NCBI GenBank assembly: GCA_036172245.1
Contig: JAYWIR010000001.1
Coordinates: forward strand, 11,842,001 to 11,906,000
Direction: 5' to 3'
Source: Raillietiella orientalis
Lineage: Eukaryota
DNA length: 64,000 nucleotides
The notes beneath the pieces are model-generated. The model worked only from the letters and a program-made list of their open reading frames with translations. It searched no databases and was not told where the DNA came from. Position 1 is the first letter of the stretch. Every line of letters starts with the position of its first letter. The translations under genes were made by a program, and so were the position numbers. Below, one piece after another: positions 1 to 12,299 of this stretch.

Positions 1-3000
1 GCTGCGATCCCTTCCGATTTCCAGGAGCCGCTGGAGGATGTCGGAAAGGGAACCAAGAGGCGGAAGATTCATCAGAGATGATCGGTGGACGAGCTAGGTG
101 CAGGTGGGAGGTCGGTTGGCGACGACGACATCACGACTTTCAGCTTCGGGAGCGGACGTCGTTCGTTCGCGAAAGGCCAAGGGTGAAAAGGCGAGGCTAA
201 AGGTGTCACGTAAGAGGATGCCTATTGAGGAAGCTCCAGGCTTCAGGGCACTTGGAGCTGCGTTTCTTTTTTTCCCCTCTTTTTTGGTTGGCCATCATCG
301 GAGGGAACGGGAACGTCAACGACAACAACCAGCGCAACTGTCCTGCATCCAGTTGTTGGTTGTTTTCCTTTCTTCCCTCCCTCCCTCATTTTGGAAAATC
401 ACCTGCTTTGAGGGCGAAGTCGATAGCCTGGGGGTCGACAGCCTCCCGCCGGCGCCTGTGGCCGCACACGTCACGCTGCCTGCATCCAAACTTTCCATTT
501 CAGTTCCGGCTTTCGTCTTGCCGCTATGCGTTCACTAGGCCCTGCTCGGCAAGTGGCTGCCATGTGCAACCGTACGCGCACACATGTACCATATGAACCC
601 TTTGAGTGCTATGGACGCATCTATGCATCAAATGATTTTTTTCTTTTTAACCTTATGCTCACGACATGAGTTAACACTTATTCATGTTTGATATGGAAGC
701 ATACACCTGCGTTCCCTTAGCAACGACAGTAAACAAAATTCTATTTATGTCGGCTAGGTATTCTCGTTTTTTCTCGGTGTTGTATAGAATTTATCATATT
801 GTTTTCTATCTTTGTGATATCTTAAGAATGTGAATGAATTATTGATTTATTCGAATCATAATTTTTAAAGAAATATGCTTGGGAAAAATGAAAACATTTT
901 ATTTAATGTGGTGTGAATAAACAATTACAATAGCAACTTTAATGATCACTTTCTATAGTCAGTCGGTTCCTCGATCGCGTGCGCGGCACGCGAGAAAGCA
1001 CGCCGTCCACAGGGATCGCCACTGCGACTCGCGTGCCGTCAACATGGGCGTTTACATCTGATGAACTCCGCACCCAAAGGGTAACATTGGCGTTGCCACA
1101 TTGCGAGTGCCGCCATTTTCGACGAAACGACCGCGTGTCGCTCGTCGCCGCGCCCCCTCCCGTCGTACGCGCCCCGTAACGGAGTCCCCCTCTCGCTTTG
1201 CTGGCGTGGAGTCGGCAGGGCGTCCCAGGAGTTTTTATTTGCGCCACCCGCCGTCAAAAAGTCTGGTTTTCTCCCTTCGCCCCCATTGCAGGGGGAGCGC
1301 GCGCGACTCGGGAACCGGGAATGCTTGACGGCGATCCACTGCTGAAGTTCGCTCACGTCACGCGATGGGGGAGAGAGCGCAGCAACAGCAGCAGCAGCCT
1401 TTCCTGTTTCCCGCCTCCCGTTAGCCCATGAGAAGTTCCCGACGGACGCTCGACCGGAAAAGCTGGACCCCCAGGAGGGCGTTTCCTGGAGCAGCGAGCG
1501 CAGTCGAAGTATCGTCAGTGGGTCGGCAGACTGGTTGCTGAGCTGCTGCAGAGACCTCGGCCCAGTGTCGGAGCTTAAAGAATCGAAGGATCTTCGCCCC
1601 CCACGCGCTTTCCCCTTTCGATCGGGGCTCTCGGGAAACAGCCGCCGAGAGAAACCGGAATCCTTTTGAGGATGAAATTGCGGGAAACGCGTACATCCTG
1701 GGTTCCATCAAAAAAGGAAGGGAGAGGGAGAGGACTCGACCGTTTCGTTGCTTATTGTTTGGAGAGACGCTGCGCTTTCGTATTTATTTCTCGCAAGTTC
1801 TTGCAAACTGCCCTGCGAGAACCCCTCTTTTTGGCTTTGTTTTTTTGTGTGTGTGTTGCTCTCAGCGCCATCTGCTTGGCTCGCGGAAACTTCTGGCTGC
1901 CGGTTCCAGTTTGACATTTACTTGTCGAGCCGTTCACGCGAGGTCGAAGTCGCTCGCGGGGGAGGGTTCCCTCCTTTTCTACGTGAAATCTCCTTCACCC
2001 TGCACGGCTCGCAAAGGCGAGGGGGGAGAAGGGGGAGGATGATTCGCTGAGTCCTCTAGAAGTGTGGTGCAATCCCTGCCACGAAACACGTGACTCCAGC
2101 GTTCTCAGCCAAGAAACCCTTCGTCATTTCTCCCCTTCTCTAGAGTCGGAGAGAAAAAAAAAAAAGAAAACCACATGACTCCATTCCAACGCAAAACCCA
2201 ACTTTCGGAGAGAGGTCCCGATGAAGGACTTCCTCACCGATTGCACCGGTTAGTGGTATGAAAGAGCGGCTCGGTCTCCTTCCCGTCCTTCGGGTATTTC
2301 GATCCGAACGATGTATCCATTTGCAGTCGAATCCAGCGTTTATGGTGGCGCCGGCTTTTTCATCCAATTTCTTTTGTGCATCGTTCCAACGCCATCTAGT
2401 TTAGCCAGTTCAAGGTAGGTTTCCCGTCTACCTCGAGATGCCAGCACCGGCGCCTAGGGTCTAGAAGTAACGCGGAGGATGAAAATGCAAAAAAAGAAGC
2501 CCTCCTGTTCAACAGCCATTGCATTCGCAGAACACAAAAGGGCGCAGTTATAGGTGTAGGAGGGTGAGGGTGAAATGACAAGCGTATTGAAACTCTCAAG
2601 GTAGACATCAGGAAGGTGAATTCCAGCTTCAAAAAGGCACCGTGGGCCGCACAGGAAGGATATCCGCGGACGCTGAATTCTTCGCTTACGGTCCAGGTCG
2701 GCTCCGATTCTCTCCGAGGATACCAAATACGGAGCAGTTCCAGAGGAGAGTTTGCGAAAACATCTCTGGACTGGTTTTGTAGGTTCCGCAATCACGTTGT
2801 CCATATCGCCAAGGCAATCATGTGGGGGAGGGAGGGGAAGCGGAACTTGTTCTAGGCCTTCTCCTGACTGTTCCTCGAAACGCAGAGGCTCCCTACGGAG
2901 CGAGTGTCCCGAGAGTGTCCCCTCACTTCCAGTCTTGTTATCGAAACGATGGGTTGCGTGCAGTTTTCCCACTTCCGATTTGCTTTCCCTTGAAATCTCA

Positions 3001-3964
3001 ACATCTCCCACATTCCCGATTCTCCAACAAGAGCATTGCAGAATCCTCTCACGTTGCAGCGAGGTCAAGCGAGTCGATCTTTGCCTCTCTGATCGGTACA
3101 CATCACGCACAAGCGGCGAGCGATGAGCGCCACGACGCGGGCCAATTCCATCTAGCGGCGGCCATGCACGCACGACGCGAAACCAATGTCATCTAACGTC
3201 CAATTCCGAAAGCTACCGTGGCTAGGCGGCGTCTCAGCTTGATACCCGTTGGCATCGGTCGCTTTTGCTCAACGTCGTGCGTGCTCATTACCTCCTGGAG
3301 AGATGCTCTTTACGGGCATCCGCCTATCCACGAGGTTCTTCATCAGACACATGCAACAGCCGTATGACTTCGATGGCAAAGCAACTGATGCTGCGAAGGA
3401 AAGCTCACAGCGTGGACGCGACTCAAAATGAAACGAACTCACCACGCGAACGATAGGGAGCAACCCCTGCGCGAATGCGGCCGACCGCGCCTCCGCTTCG
3501 CCGTACTCTGTAGGTCCCACACGCGGCTGGAAGGGAGGCCGCCCCGCGCAGGAAACGCGTGAAGCGATGGGATCCGTTCCTGCGCAGCCAGTCGCGTTGG
3601 ATTGTGGGCTCCTCCCACCTCACCCCTCATTGGCATGCGGAGGTGGCCACTGCAGCGGAGCAAAGGAGGCAACTGAACCCAGCCGCTTCCTGGAATGCGC
3701 CTGCGTAACAGCAGAGCCGCCCCCGCCTGTGATTCTGCCCGGCGACCTCATCGCCGGGCAGAATCGCTGCCTGCCATCCCAGCAGCCGGAGCGAGTCTAG
3801 GATGCAGCACAGAATCTCCTCCCCCCCCCCCCCCCATTTCCTCCTTCCCTCTGCCAAACACTCTAAGGGCACCGATCAGTGATCTTCGAGCCTCCATGTC
3901 CCCACGGAAGATTCCCAATGCCCGCGTCGGAGGCTTTGTGGTTAAGGCTTCTGCTCGTGGCACC

Positions 3965-4875
3965 ATACGTCGTGGGATCGAATACTCCGGCAGAAACTGA
4001 CGCCACTGCGCCGAGTTTCTCCTGCAATGGCGCTGGCTGGCCGAGACATTCGGGCGTGGCACCGGTGGTCGTTTAAGCCGGAGGCCCCCGATGAAGGCCG
4101 GAACAATGGGAGTCGACTTTCGGGTCCTTCCAGAAATCAAGGAGTGGGAGTTCCCCTTCCTGTCGTGCAACGGAGAGTGGACCCCCCTCACTGGGAGGGC
4201 CCTCCGGTTTCAAGATGGAGCAAGAGCCCTCACGGGCACCTCTCCAGTTGTTCAAAGGAGCGGACCCCCCCTGTTGGGGGGTCCCTCCGAGTCGTCGCCT
4301 CTTCACAGAGTGTGCACAAGGAAGCAAGCGAGAGCGATTCCCTGCGGGAAGCTGCAGCGCCCCTTCTGAGTTTCGGAAGTGTCCCTTCGGGGTTCTCTTC
4401 AGAGGAGTGAAAAGGAGCGGTTCCCTTACGGGTTTCCTCCGGAGAAGAAATTCCTACTAGCGGATCCTTTCCGAGTTCCCTACGGAGAAGAGGAAATCGA
4501 GAGGACCACCCCCTTTCCGGGGGGTCCCTTTGGAGAGAAGGAGGAAGGAGATTCCCTTCTGGGTTCCCCTTCGGAGACAACCAGGGTGGGAGGTGCGATC
4601 TCCCCCTTCCCAAACGTGAGAGGAACGGACTCCGAGCCTTCCTGGATTCATAGGGCGGACCCCTTCCGGGGCGCCCCCCCTATCATGAAGAATAACACGC
4701 ACCCTCCGCGGGTGGCGTGGAATAGTGTTAAAGAGCCACGTGCTCTGCGAGGCACGCGACCGGCTCTTGAGGTACTTAGCAAACCAAACAAAAGAAAACT
4801 TTAAAAAAAAATAAGGCGGGAAGGAAAACAGCGAGGACAGAAGAAAAAGAAGAACCCAAGGATTTCCATCATCCA
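3965..4875 (+). repeat. Family A copy 1: B-box-headed interspersed repeat with internal ~40-bp array and A-rich tract (SINE-like architecture)
   Basis: Collinear similarity to 17435-18092 and 37558-38288. A 22-bp exact match GAGCCTTCCTGGATTCATAGGG occurs at 4634-4655 and 38078-38099. Shared end motif GATTTCC(C)ATCATC. Confidence 0.8.
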
Positions 4876-7800
4876 AGAAGGAGAAAGGGGGAAGGGAGGG
4901 CCCTTCCCCCTTCCTCCTGCTTGGTTCCCGTTCTCTCCCTCTCCGTCTTTGGTCGCTCGCTGAGAATCTGCTGGACAGCCTCTCAAGGACACCGCACTCC
5001 GCGGAAATTCGGAGGAAATCTCTCTCTTCCCCTCCAGTCCCGGCTTTCGGAGACGGGAGATAAAAGGCAGCAGCGGATCGACAACAACATGGGCGCCCCG
5101 TGAGCTCCGCATAGCTCGCGCACGCACGTGGCGGATCTCGGAGCCCACTCCTCGGGAACCTTCTCCGTGCAGAGCCTGTGACTTCCCTATCCCTCATCGC
5201 CCCCCCCCCCCTCAAGAAGTCTCAACACTTCGATGGAGGCTGTCCGTCTCTCCCGAGGGCCAACTGCTCGCTCGCCGTGTGAGCGGGAAGTCCGATCCCC
5301 GGTGGTGTTGGACAGTGCGGTATTGTTGGAGAGAGAGGGATTGCTGGCGGGATGAGTCGAGTCGCAAAAAACAACCGGAGCCTCTGTCGGCTCGCGGTCC
5401 GGCGAAGCGGTGCCTTTCGACCCAGCGTCCGCGGTGCTGCGATCGACGCGCATGCCCTGCACGAAGAGGATGCGTGTGATCCGCTCGCGCAACTCAAGAA
5501 GCTCTTTTCCCCTCGTGGATTGGGGATCGTCCCCTCCTCCAGGCGCCGTTCGGGAGCCAGACAATGCACAGGCTCTTGGGAAGGCTGCCAGCGAGCTGCG
5601 GACTGGGGCGGGGATCTCGGCTCCCACGAAAAGGATGTGCGCCAGCCCGCCGAAAGGCGATCCGGGAAAAGGAGCCGAGAGAAGCTCCGTTGCGTAGATG
5701 CGGAGAGAGGAGAGGAAGGTGGGTTGGCTGCGAGACCGCGAGAGGAACGGCGGGTTCTGTTGCCCGTGGAGACCGCCTTACGTACCGGAGAGGAGCTCCG
5801 CGCCCGTGCTTCAAACAAACACCCTGTGGGGTCCATCGGCATGAACCTTTCTCTCTCTCCAGTTGCCTCCGGCAAAGCCTCCCAGGTGACCTTGCCGCTT
5901 CCTGGCTGCCCCCTCGCTGGGGATGAGTTTCAAGGAAGAAGGAAAAAGGCAACCTTGGGCAACTCCCGGGGAGTTCGGGAGGCGGAAGGAGAGGAGGAGG
6001 GAGAGAATCGCTTCCCTCTAGAAGAGCCTTCTCGCGCAGCCACCTTGTCCCGACGGTTCATGTCAGAGGGGGAGGTCGCGCGCGCGCGTTGCACACGCCC
6101 CGCTGCGCGTCCGCGAAGCTCCTGGCATCTCCGCTGCGGGCAGCACGGCCTTCTCTTTCGAGGCAGGTGCCACGGCCCGCTCAACCTCCGCGGGTCCTCA
6201 GGTTGAATGACCACTTCGCCTCTGAAGACCCGCTCTCGCTCCCACCCCTTCCATCACGCGCAGTCAGGGTCCATCCCCCCCCCCCCTTCCCTTTATCTCG
6301 GGATTCCCTCCCTCTCGTGAGACTCTAGGAACCACTCCTTGTTCCCGCAGCTGCGACGAACCCTGCGGGAAGGGGAAGCCTGAGGGACCTCCCCTCTATG
6401 AGAAAGGTTGTGCGGTCCCCTCGCTGGCCTTCGGCTCGAGGCACTCCCTGAACCTTGCAAGAGAGTCCGACCCCATCGGTGAGCTGGATGGTCTGTTCGA
6501 GTGCTTCCTTTGGAAGACCTCGAGAAGCCAGCAGCAGAGGATGCGGGTGGGTGGGTGAGAGCGATTGCCAGAAGGCTCCTTCGTGTCTGAGAACATCCAC
6601 CCTTAGCCTCCCGGAGTCTCCCTGTCTTCGGCGGTCGTCTCGTGTGCCCACCAGAGACCGGCCAAGGGCACACACTCCGTCCTCGGACTCGTCCCTGTCT
6701 TTCCGGGGGAGAAAGAAGGAGAGAATGAAATGAGAGGGAAGAGCGAAAGTGGCAAAGTAGGCACAGGCAATGTGAGGAAGGAGAGATGCGCAGGAACTCA
6801 AAGGACAGCCTTGCTACAGCCGTTTGCATAGCGCCCCACTCCTCCCCCCTCTTTTCCTCCTTCTTTCCTCCTCCTCCTCTTCCATTCCTCCTTCTCCTCC
6901 ACCTATCCATCATGGTTGGCGCCACTGCCACGTGCTCGGACAGCACCAACAGCAGCAGCGATATGCAGTTCTTCGGCTCTCCTGTTGTCCTCAGCAAACT
7001 GACAAGGGAGTTGGTACCTCTACGGGACAGCATTTGGGAGGGGACTGCGTCCTGGATTTCATCTGCCCTCCGAACTTTTCGTTTCGGGAGGAGGCAACCA
7101 CGAGGAGATAGTGCGACAGCCCTTCCCTTCTCGGTGGATCTCTGGGAAGCATGGCCGCGTCTCACTGCAGCCAGCCCCGGAGTCCCGCCTGCTTGTGCGG
7201 GTGCAGAAGCGCAGGGCGCTGGAGGGCATGCTGCGCACCCTGCTTGCGGCCATCTTTGTGGGCGGACCTGGGGGCCTCCTGGAGGGAGGCAAACGGGGGC
7301 ACCTCGGTCCCCTGGCACGGGGACGTCGGAGGCGCTGTGAGCTACCTCACCGAGTGCGCGTGACTCTCTCTTTTCCAAAAAGTGCGGAGGTCTCATCCGC
7401 TTTCTCCTGACAACGGGCGGGCGTTCCGCCCTTCGAGACCGTCCTCCCTCTCCTCCTTCCTCCCCGTGCCTCGCGGAACGAACGCCCGGAGCGGAAGAGC
7501 ACGACGTGGACCAGTCGCGGCAACAGAGCTCCTTCAAGGGCACCTCCGACCCGAGTCGGTCGTCTTGGACGTGCTCCACGATAGCGTCGAGGACTACCAT
7601 CACCACCATCCATCCGACACAGAGTCGCCCGACCTCGGCGACGGCTTCTCTCCTCCGCCGTGGGAGAAGCGGAGGAGCTAAGCAGCTACATAGCCAAGGT
7701 TCCAGTCTCGTACCCACGTCAGGGATCCGGTTATCTCTTGTGGATCTTCAGCGACCCGTCTCTTGACATCCACTGCTTCCTCCTGGTCCTCGCCACCGCT

Positions 7801-10800
7801 ATCACCCGCGGACCACTAAAGGGTCACCCGTCCACGGAACCGGCGGATGGACCGCGGAGGTTTTCGGTGCCCTGCAGTCGGATCCGGCGCTGAGGGACTC
7901 GACAAATGACCCCTTCCCTCAGGGAGGGAAACACCTGCTCGGTGCGGTTCCCGTGGGTGGCGCCGGATCGGTGGGGACCGGCCGAAAGAGCTCGGAGCAT
8001 CCTTAGCTGGGAGCGGGCTGCGTCAGTAGAGCTTTAGGAGGGCGACGCCTCCCGGTCAGCCCCCTGTCGACTACCAGCCCCGCTGCCGTCTCCTCGTCTC
8101 ACTCCCGACCCAGAAGCACCGTCGGCTCGCCACCGCCCACCCACTCCTACTCCACAGGGAGTGCGGAGGAGCTCCGTCTCCGGAGAGAAAGGAAAGCGAA
8201 GTAGCCTCTCAGCTGATGGTGGACACTAACCCCTAGGGCGATCCGGGAATCAGTGGTTGGCGGTTGCTATTTCGCGCCTTTTCGCCAGCAGCTGGAGAAG
8301 CGACCCGAAATCAAGCGGTGGGGGGGGGGGGGGAGGGCAGCGATGCGGAGCGCTGGCTCTGGAAGAGCGGAAGGCACCCTGGGGACAAGGCAGGAGCTAT
8401 TTCGAATGTCCCGACAGAGCGTCACCCGGTGTCGTGTGGGGGAGGAGGAACCAGGGCTGAAGAGTTTGGAGAATCCCTCTGATCATCCAGGACTCTTTCT
8501 GCGCCTACCGCGCTACCGACGTTTGCACGCGGTGTCCGACCCCAAGGGGTAAAGCTGAACGGGGGTTCGGTTACCTTGGGAAAGTCCGTTCCGAAACAGG
8601 GACGTTCAGGGTAAGAAGTCCGTGCGCTTAGGTTCGCGCGCGAAACACCGCGGTGGTGACACCGCAGAGGGGCTCGAGGTGAGGCCAACCTTTCTTGGAA
8701 CAGCTCTCGCAGGAACTCCCTTTATCCCTTCGAAAGGGAAGAGGGCGCCACGAGCTTAACGTGCATCCATCCCTGACTTTCTGCATCTTCGGATTAGAGG
8801 GTGCCCGCAGCAACCCGCAATCCGGCTCCCGCATCTCTCGCATCACCTTTTCCGTTTTCATCGGGTTGGCGTTCGTCATGGGCAACGGCTGAGTGCCGCG
8901 ACCTCTTCCCCTCCTCCTCCTCCTCCTCTCCTCTGGCATCAATCCTTCAATGGGCCCCCAAAGCAGCCCATTGGAAACCGCGCTTCCGAAGAGGAAGCTG
9001 CTCTTGCACGCCTTCTGATGGACTGAAGAACAGCAAGAAGGGGTGGAGAAGATGGGCAATTTGCAGGGTGGATTACAAGATCGAGGATTCACAAGATGGA
9101 CGCTCATCAGGAGGAAGGCTTCACGGAGGTGTGACAGGTGGCTCCGCTGAAGTGCTGGGACAGAGCGACGACAGCAGCGACCTACGCAATGGTGACGGAA
9201 ACGGCCGGAAATGCGACAGGTGCAACTCGCGGGGCACAGGGAACAGCCATCTTGAAAAATTCAGGATGTAGATGAAGTCGCCTTGATCCGCAACAAAAAA
9301 CTGGCCAGTGAGGATGGCACTGGTGCAAGATGAATATCTTGTTCGATGACCACATTACTGTCTCTCACTGTACGATGAAAATGCGAACTTTGACCTCATC
9401 CGGACAGCCGTGCTGTTTGGTCGAGGGCGTTTTTACGTACTGTATGACACATCGGAAGTCCCGAACTAGGACATAAATTCCGACGGACGCATCTTGTGGG
9501 GAATTCGAGAGGCAGCAGCCCCACGTTTCTTCCGTCCGACAGTAAGTTTACGCCTTGGGCACAAGTGTTCCAGTATAGAGAAGTGAAGGGAGTTCAGTTA
9601 GGCAGCCGATTTTGCCACAATTCTAGTGGATGGTGGTCAGGTCAGGTCAGGTTAGGTTATGCTCTTGCTAGATTGTGTACTGGAAGAGAACATATACTGA
9701 CTGGCAAGATCTTCTCGGGAGAAGAAAGGTACGAAGAAGCATTCATTTCGAGTGTCTGTAGTGTTTACGTGGACTTACGAGAAATGACCACCCGATGCTG
9801 GCAGCAGTCCACTTTCTTCATGGGCCGCAAGCCGTTCAGACATCGGTTGACATCATGTCCCAGGGCAAGATGCTTAGCTGCCAAACAAAGCGCTGCGTCC
9901 TCTTTCCTGTCGTCGAGTAGAAGAGCAAAAATGGCCTTATGGAACACCAATGGGATTTCGAATTAGGAGAAGAGGAGGCGGATTATGCAGATCATTCGGC
10001 TTGATCAGATGGCACGTCTCCGGGAAACCCACGACATGGTCCGGAACATCGGCTTCGAAATCCAAAGCCGACGGGACGCATAGCTGCCAGCCAGCGGCGG
10101 TGACTAGAACTCGAAGGGAATGGGAAACTTCTCGTGGGAAAGAAGTTATCGCGGACCTTCCTGGAGATTTCCGTGGCCTTGGAAGGCCTCATCATTGGAG
10201 TGGGTACTTCTTGGTCCGGAAAACCATCTGCATCTCAGCCACCCTCATAAAGAAGGCTTTCGGGTGGACCCATCTGAGAACAGAAGTCAGAAAAGAGATC
10301 GCCACCATCTTACGAGGCTGTAAAAGAGGAACAGCAACTCTGGTGTTCCTTATCTTCTGGACCCACCAGTTATGTAAAGTACCTATTAATTTTTTAACTC
10401 AACAATGTTCCGAACGATTTTTACAGCTGACCTGAAGGTCAGTCAACATTCCTGATTGAACTTCTTTTGGGGGCATTTTTCTTCGGATGGGAATGGTAAG
10501 GGAATCCGTTCCTTGCACTCCTTTGCTGTTGTTGCTGTTGTTCTTTGTATTAATGAGCGTCTTGCGTGACCGGGCGAAAAGCCTCCTTCACAATCCCTGA
10601 GCAAGGGACACTATGGATTCACCAGAAGCCAGGACTCAAGATTGAGCACTGTAAATAGTTCGTCGCTATTGGACACCACCACGAGATGCGACTGTTGCAG
10701 CAGTAAAATCCTTGGAAGAGCAGCCCTCAGGACGCGAAAACTCTAGTGGGAACAAGCGCTGCCCTATACGGAGGGACGGCAGGAAGGAGTGTATTCGACG

Positions 10801-11214
10801 ACGGGACATGGGAGGACGGGAGCGGGGGAGAACAAACTGCAGCATCGGCTTACTGGTTCTTCACAGGTCGAATCAACTGTAGAGGGATCGATAGAGGGTG
10901 CTGGAAGTCGGAACTGCGACCGGAACCTCGGGATGATCTCCTTCCCCGCCCTCCTCCCCGAAGACGGAAGTCGCTGTAATGTCGCGCTCGAATTCGGCAG
11001 CGGACGAGGAACGCTCAGGATGGAGCCTACAAAGCAAGTGGTGAGAGGGGAAACTCAACTCTCTGGGTTCATTTGCCGAGGCTCATCCAGGATCAGGTCT
11101 TTTTTTTCGAGTTCGCTAAGTGCTGAAGAACTGTTGGCCTCGTTAGGGAGGAGGGGCCACTCCGCTATTTCTCATTGTCCACCCTATCCGAGGGTGCATA
11201 TAGCTCTTCAAGTT

Positions 11215-11950
11215 GTTTTTCACCCGGATAAGCCGGGGCTTTTATTTTTAAAATTCTACATTATTTGTTATAATTAAATTTAGTCTTTTGGGCATTGCTT
11301 CATCCAGAGCATATGGTTCTGGCAGTCTTTTTTCACTTGTCCTAACCGACCCGCTGGCCGGTGAGGTACTCTCCACGGGCGAAGGGGACGGGAAAACCAA
11401 AAAAAACAAAAGAAAAAAAAGCAAAAACGCCAGGGGGGACAAAGTTTTATAGGGTGAGGAGGGATGGGATGGGATCACTGCTCGCTGGGTGGAGTCCTCT
11501 GCATCCGGTTTCGGATGCGGGCAAGTGCCGGTTGAATTGCCCTTAACCGTCGCCATCGGCATGCCTTTTCCATGGAGAGGACTGCCCAGTGAATGGCGTT
11601 CCGGCTTCTATGTCCTCTACTCGATGCATTCCACTTTTCCAGTATTCCGCGTTTGTAGCAGAGAACTACAACACACGCGGCTGTTGTCAGGGCGTCCCGC
11701 ATCAGGAGGCGAAGGAAAATGTCTTTTGTGTCGCCCACCGGAATGTTCACAATCGACGAGAGGCGATCCCACATGGGCCGGAGGGCGACACACTCGATAA
11801 GTAGGTGAGGGAAGGTTTCCCTTTTCCCGCATCCTGCACAATTGGCATCCACACTCCCTGATGTCCAGTGGAAGAGGCGTGCTCTGCAAAGGAGTCCCCA
11901 ATGGAGCATTCTGGAATGTCCCACCAGGAGCACATGGGCGGAGATCACCC
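11215..11950 (-). mobile_element. 5'-truncated 3' fragment of the same L1/Tx1-type LINE family
   Basis: Encodes CAGCGKRETFPHLLIECVALRPMW, then a T-rich UTR and terminal AATAAA-AGC-CCCGG-CTTAT-CCGGG-TGAAAA (reverse complement of 11217-11246). Confidence 0.9.
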
Positions 11951-12290
11951 CTTTAGCTACGGCGCTGCCCTACCTGCGGAGGGCCCTCATCAGCGGCCGG
12001 ACGTCGAAGTAGCAAGTCTCCTGTCGGATCGCAGGCAGAGAGAAGAAGATGAGCGGTTGGACCATGGGAGAGCTGTCTTCCCGGCCCTTCAAAGAACTAT
12101 GGTTTTTTGTGTTTTCAGTTTCCTTTATTTTTATTTTTGTTTTCCCCATCCCCCTCCGCTGACGTGGAGTGTCAAGTCGGTCTGTGCACCGACAACCCGG
12201 CAGCTCCCTGTTTTATTGGCCGCAGCGGGGCCTTGTACCGCAAATACCGAAAGTTTTTAAATGAACTCCCCGGCTTGACCGGGTGAAAAC
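11950..12290 (+). mobile_element. Short 3'-end fragment of the same LINE family
   Basis: T-rich UTR at 12100-12145 and terminal AATGAA-CTC-CCCGG-CTTGA-CCGGG-TGAAAAC at 12260-12290. Confidence 0.7.
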
Positions 12291-12299
12291 GTCCAGCCT

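Noticed and set aside
420-480. HDV-like ribozyme (CAGCCTCCCGCCGGCGCC resembles P3/L3)
   Set aside because: No matching P1 or P2 partner strands.
4250-4580. CRISPR-like array
   Set aside because: Units are highly degenerate with no constant repeat/unique spacer pattern; no cas genes; eukaryotic context.
6293-7717. 474-aa minus-strand ORF, and other long ORFs in GC blocks (5352-6206, 50529-51467, 54667-55668, 55047-56156, 56469-57413)
   Set aside because: Arg/Pro/Gly/Ser-rich, overlapping ORFs in several frames, no domains or splice structure; expected by chance in GC-rich DNA.
8575-8625. Bacterial RNase P (GGAAAGTCC) or group I intron core (AAGAAGTCC)
   Set aside because: The complementary P4/P7 partner motifs were not found at suitable positions.
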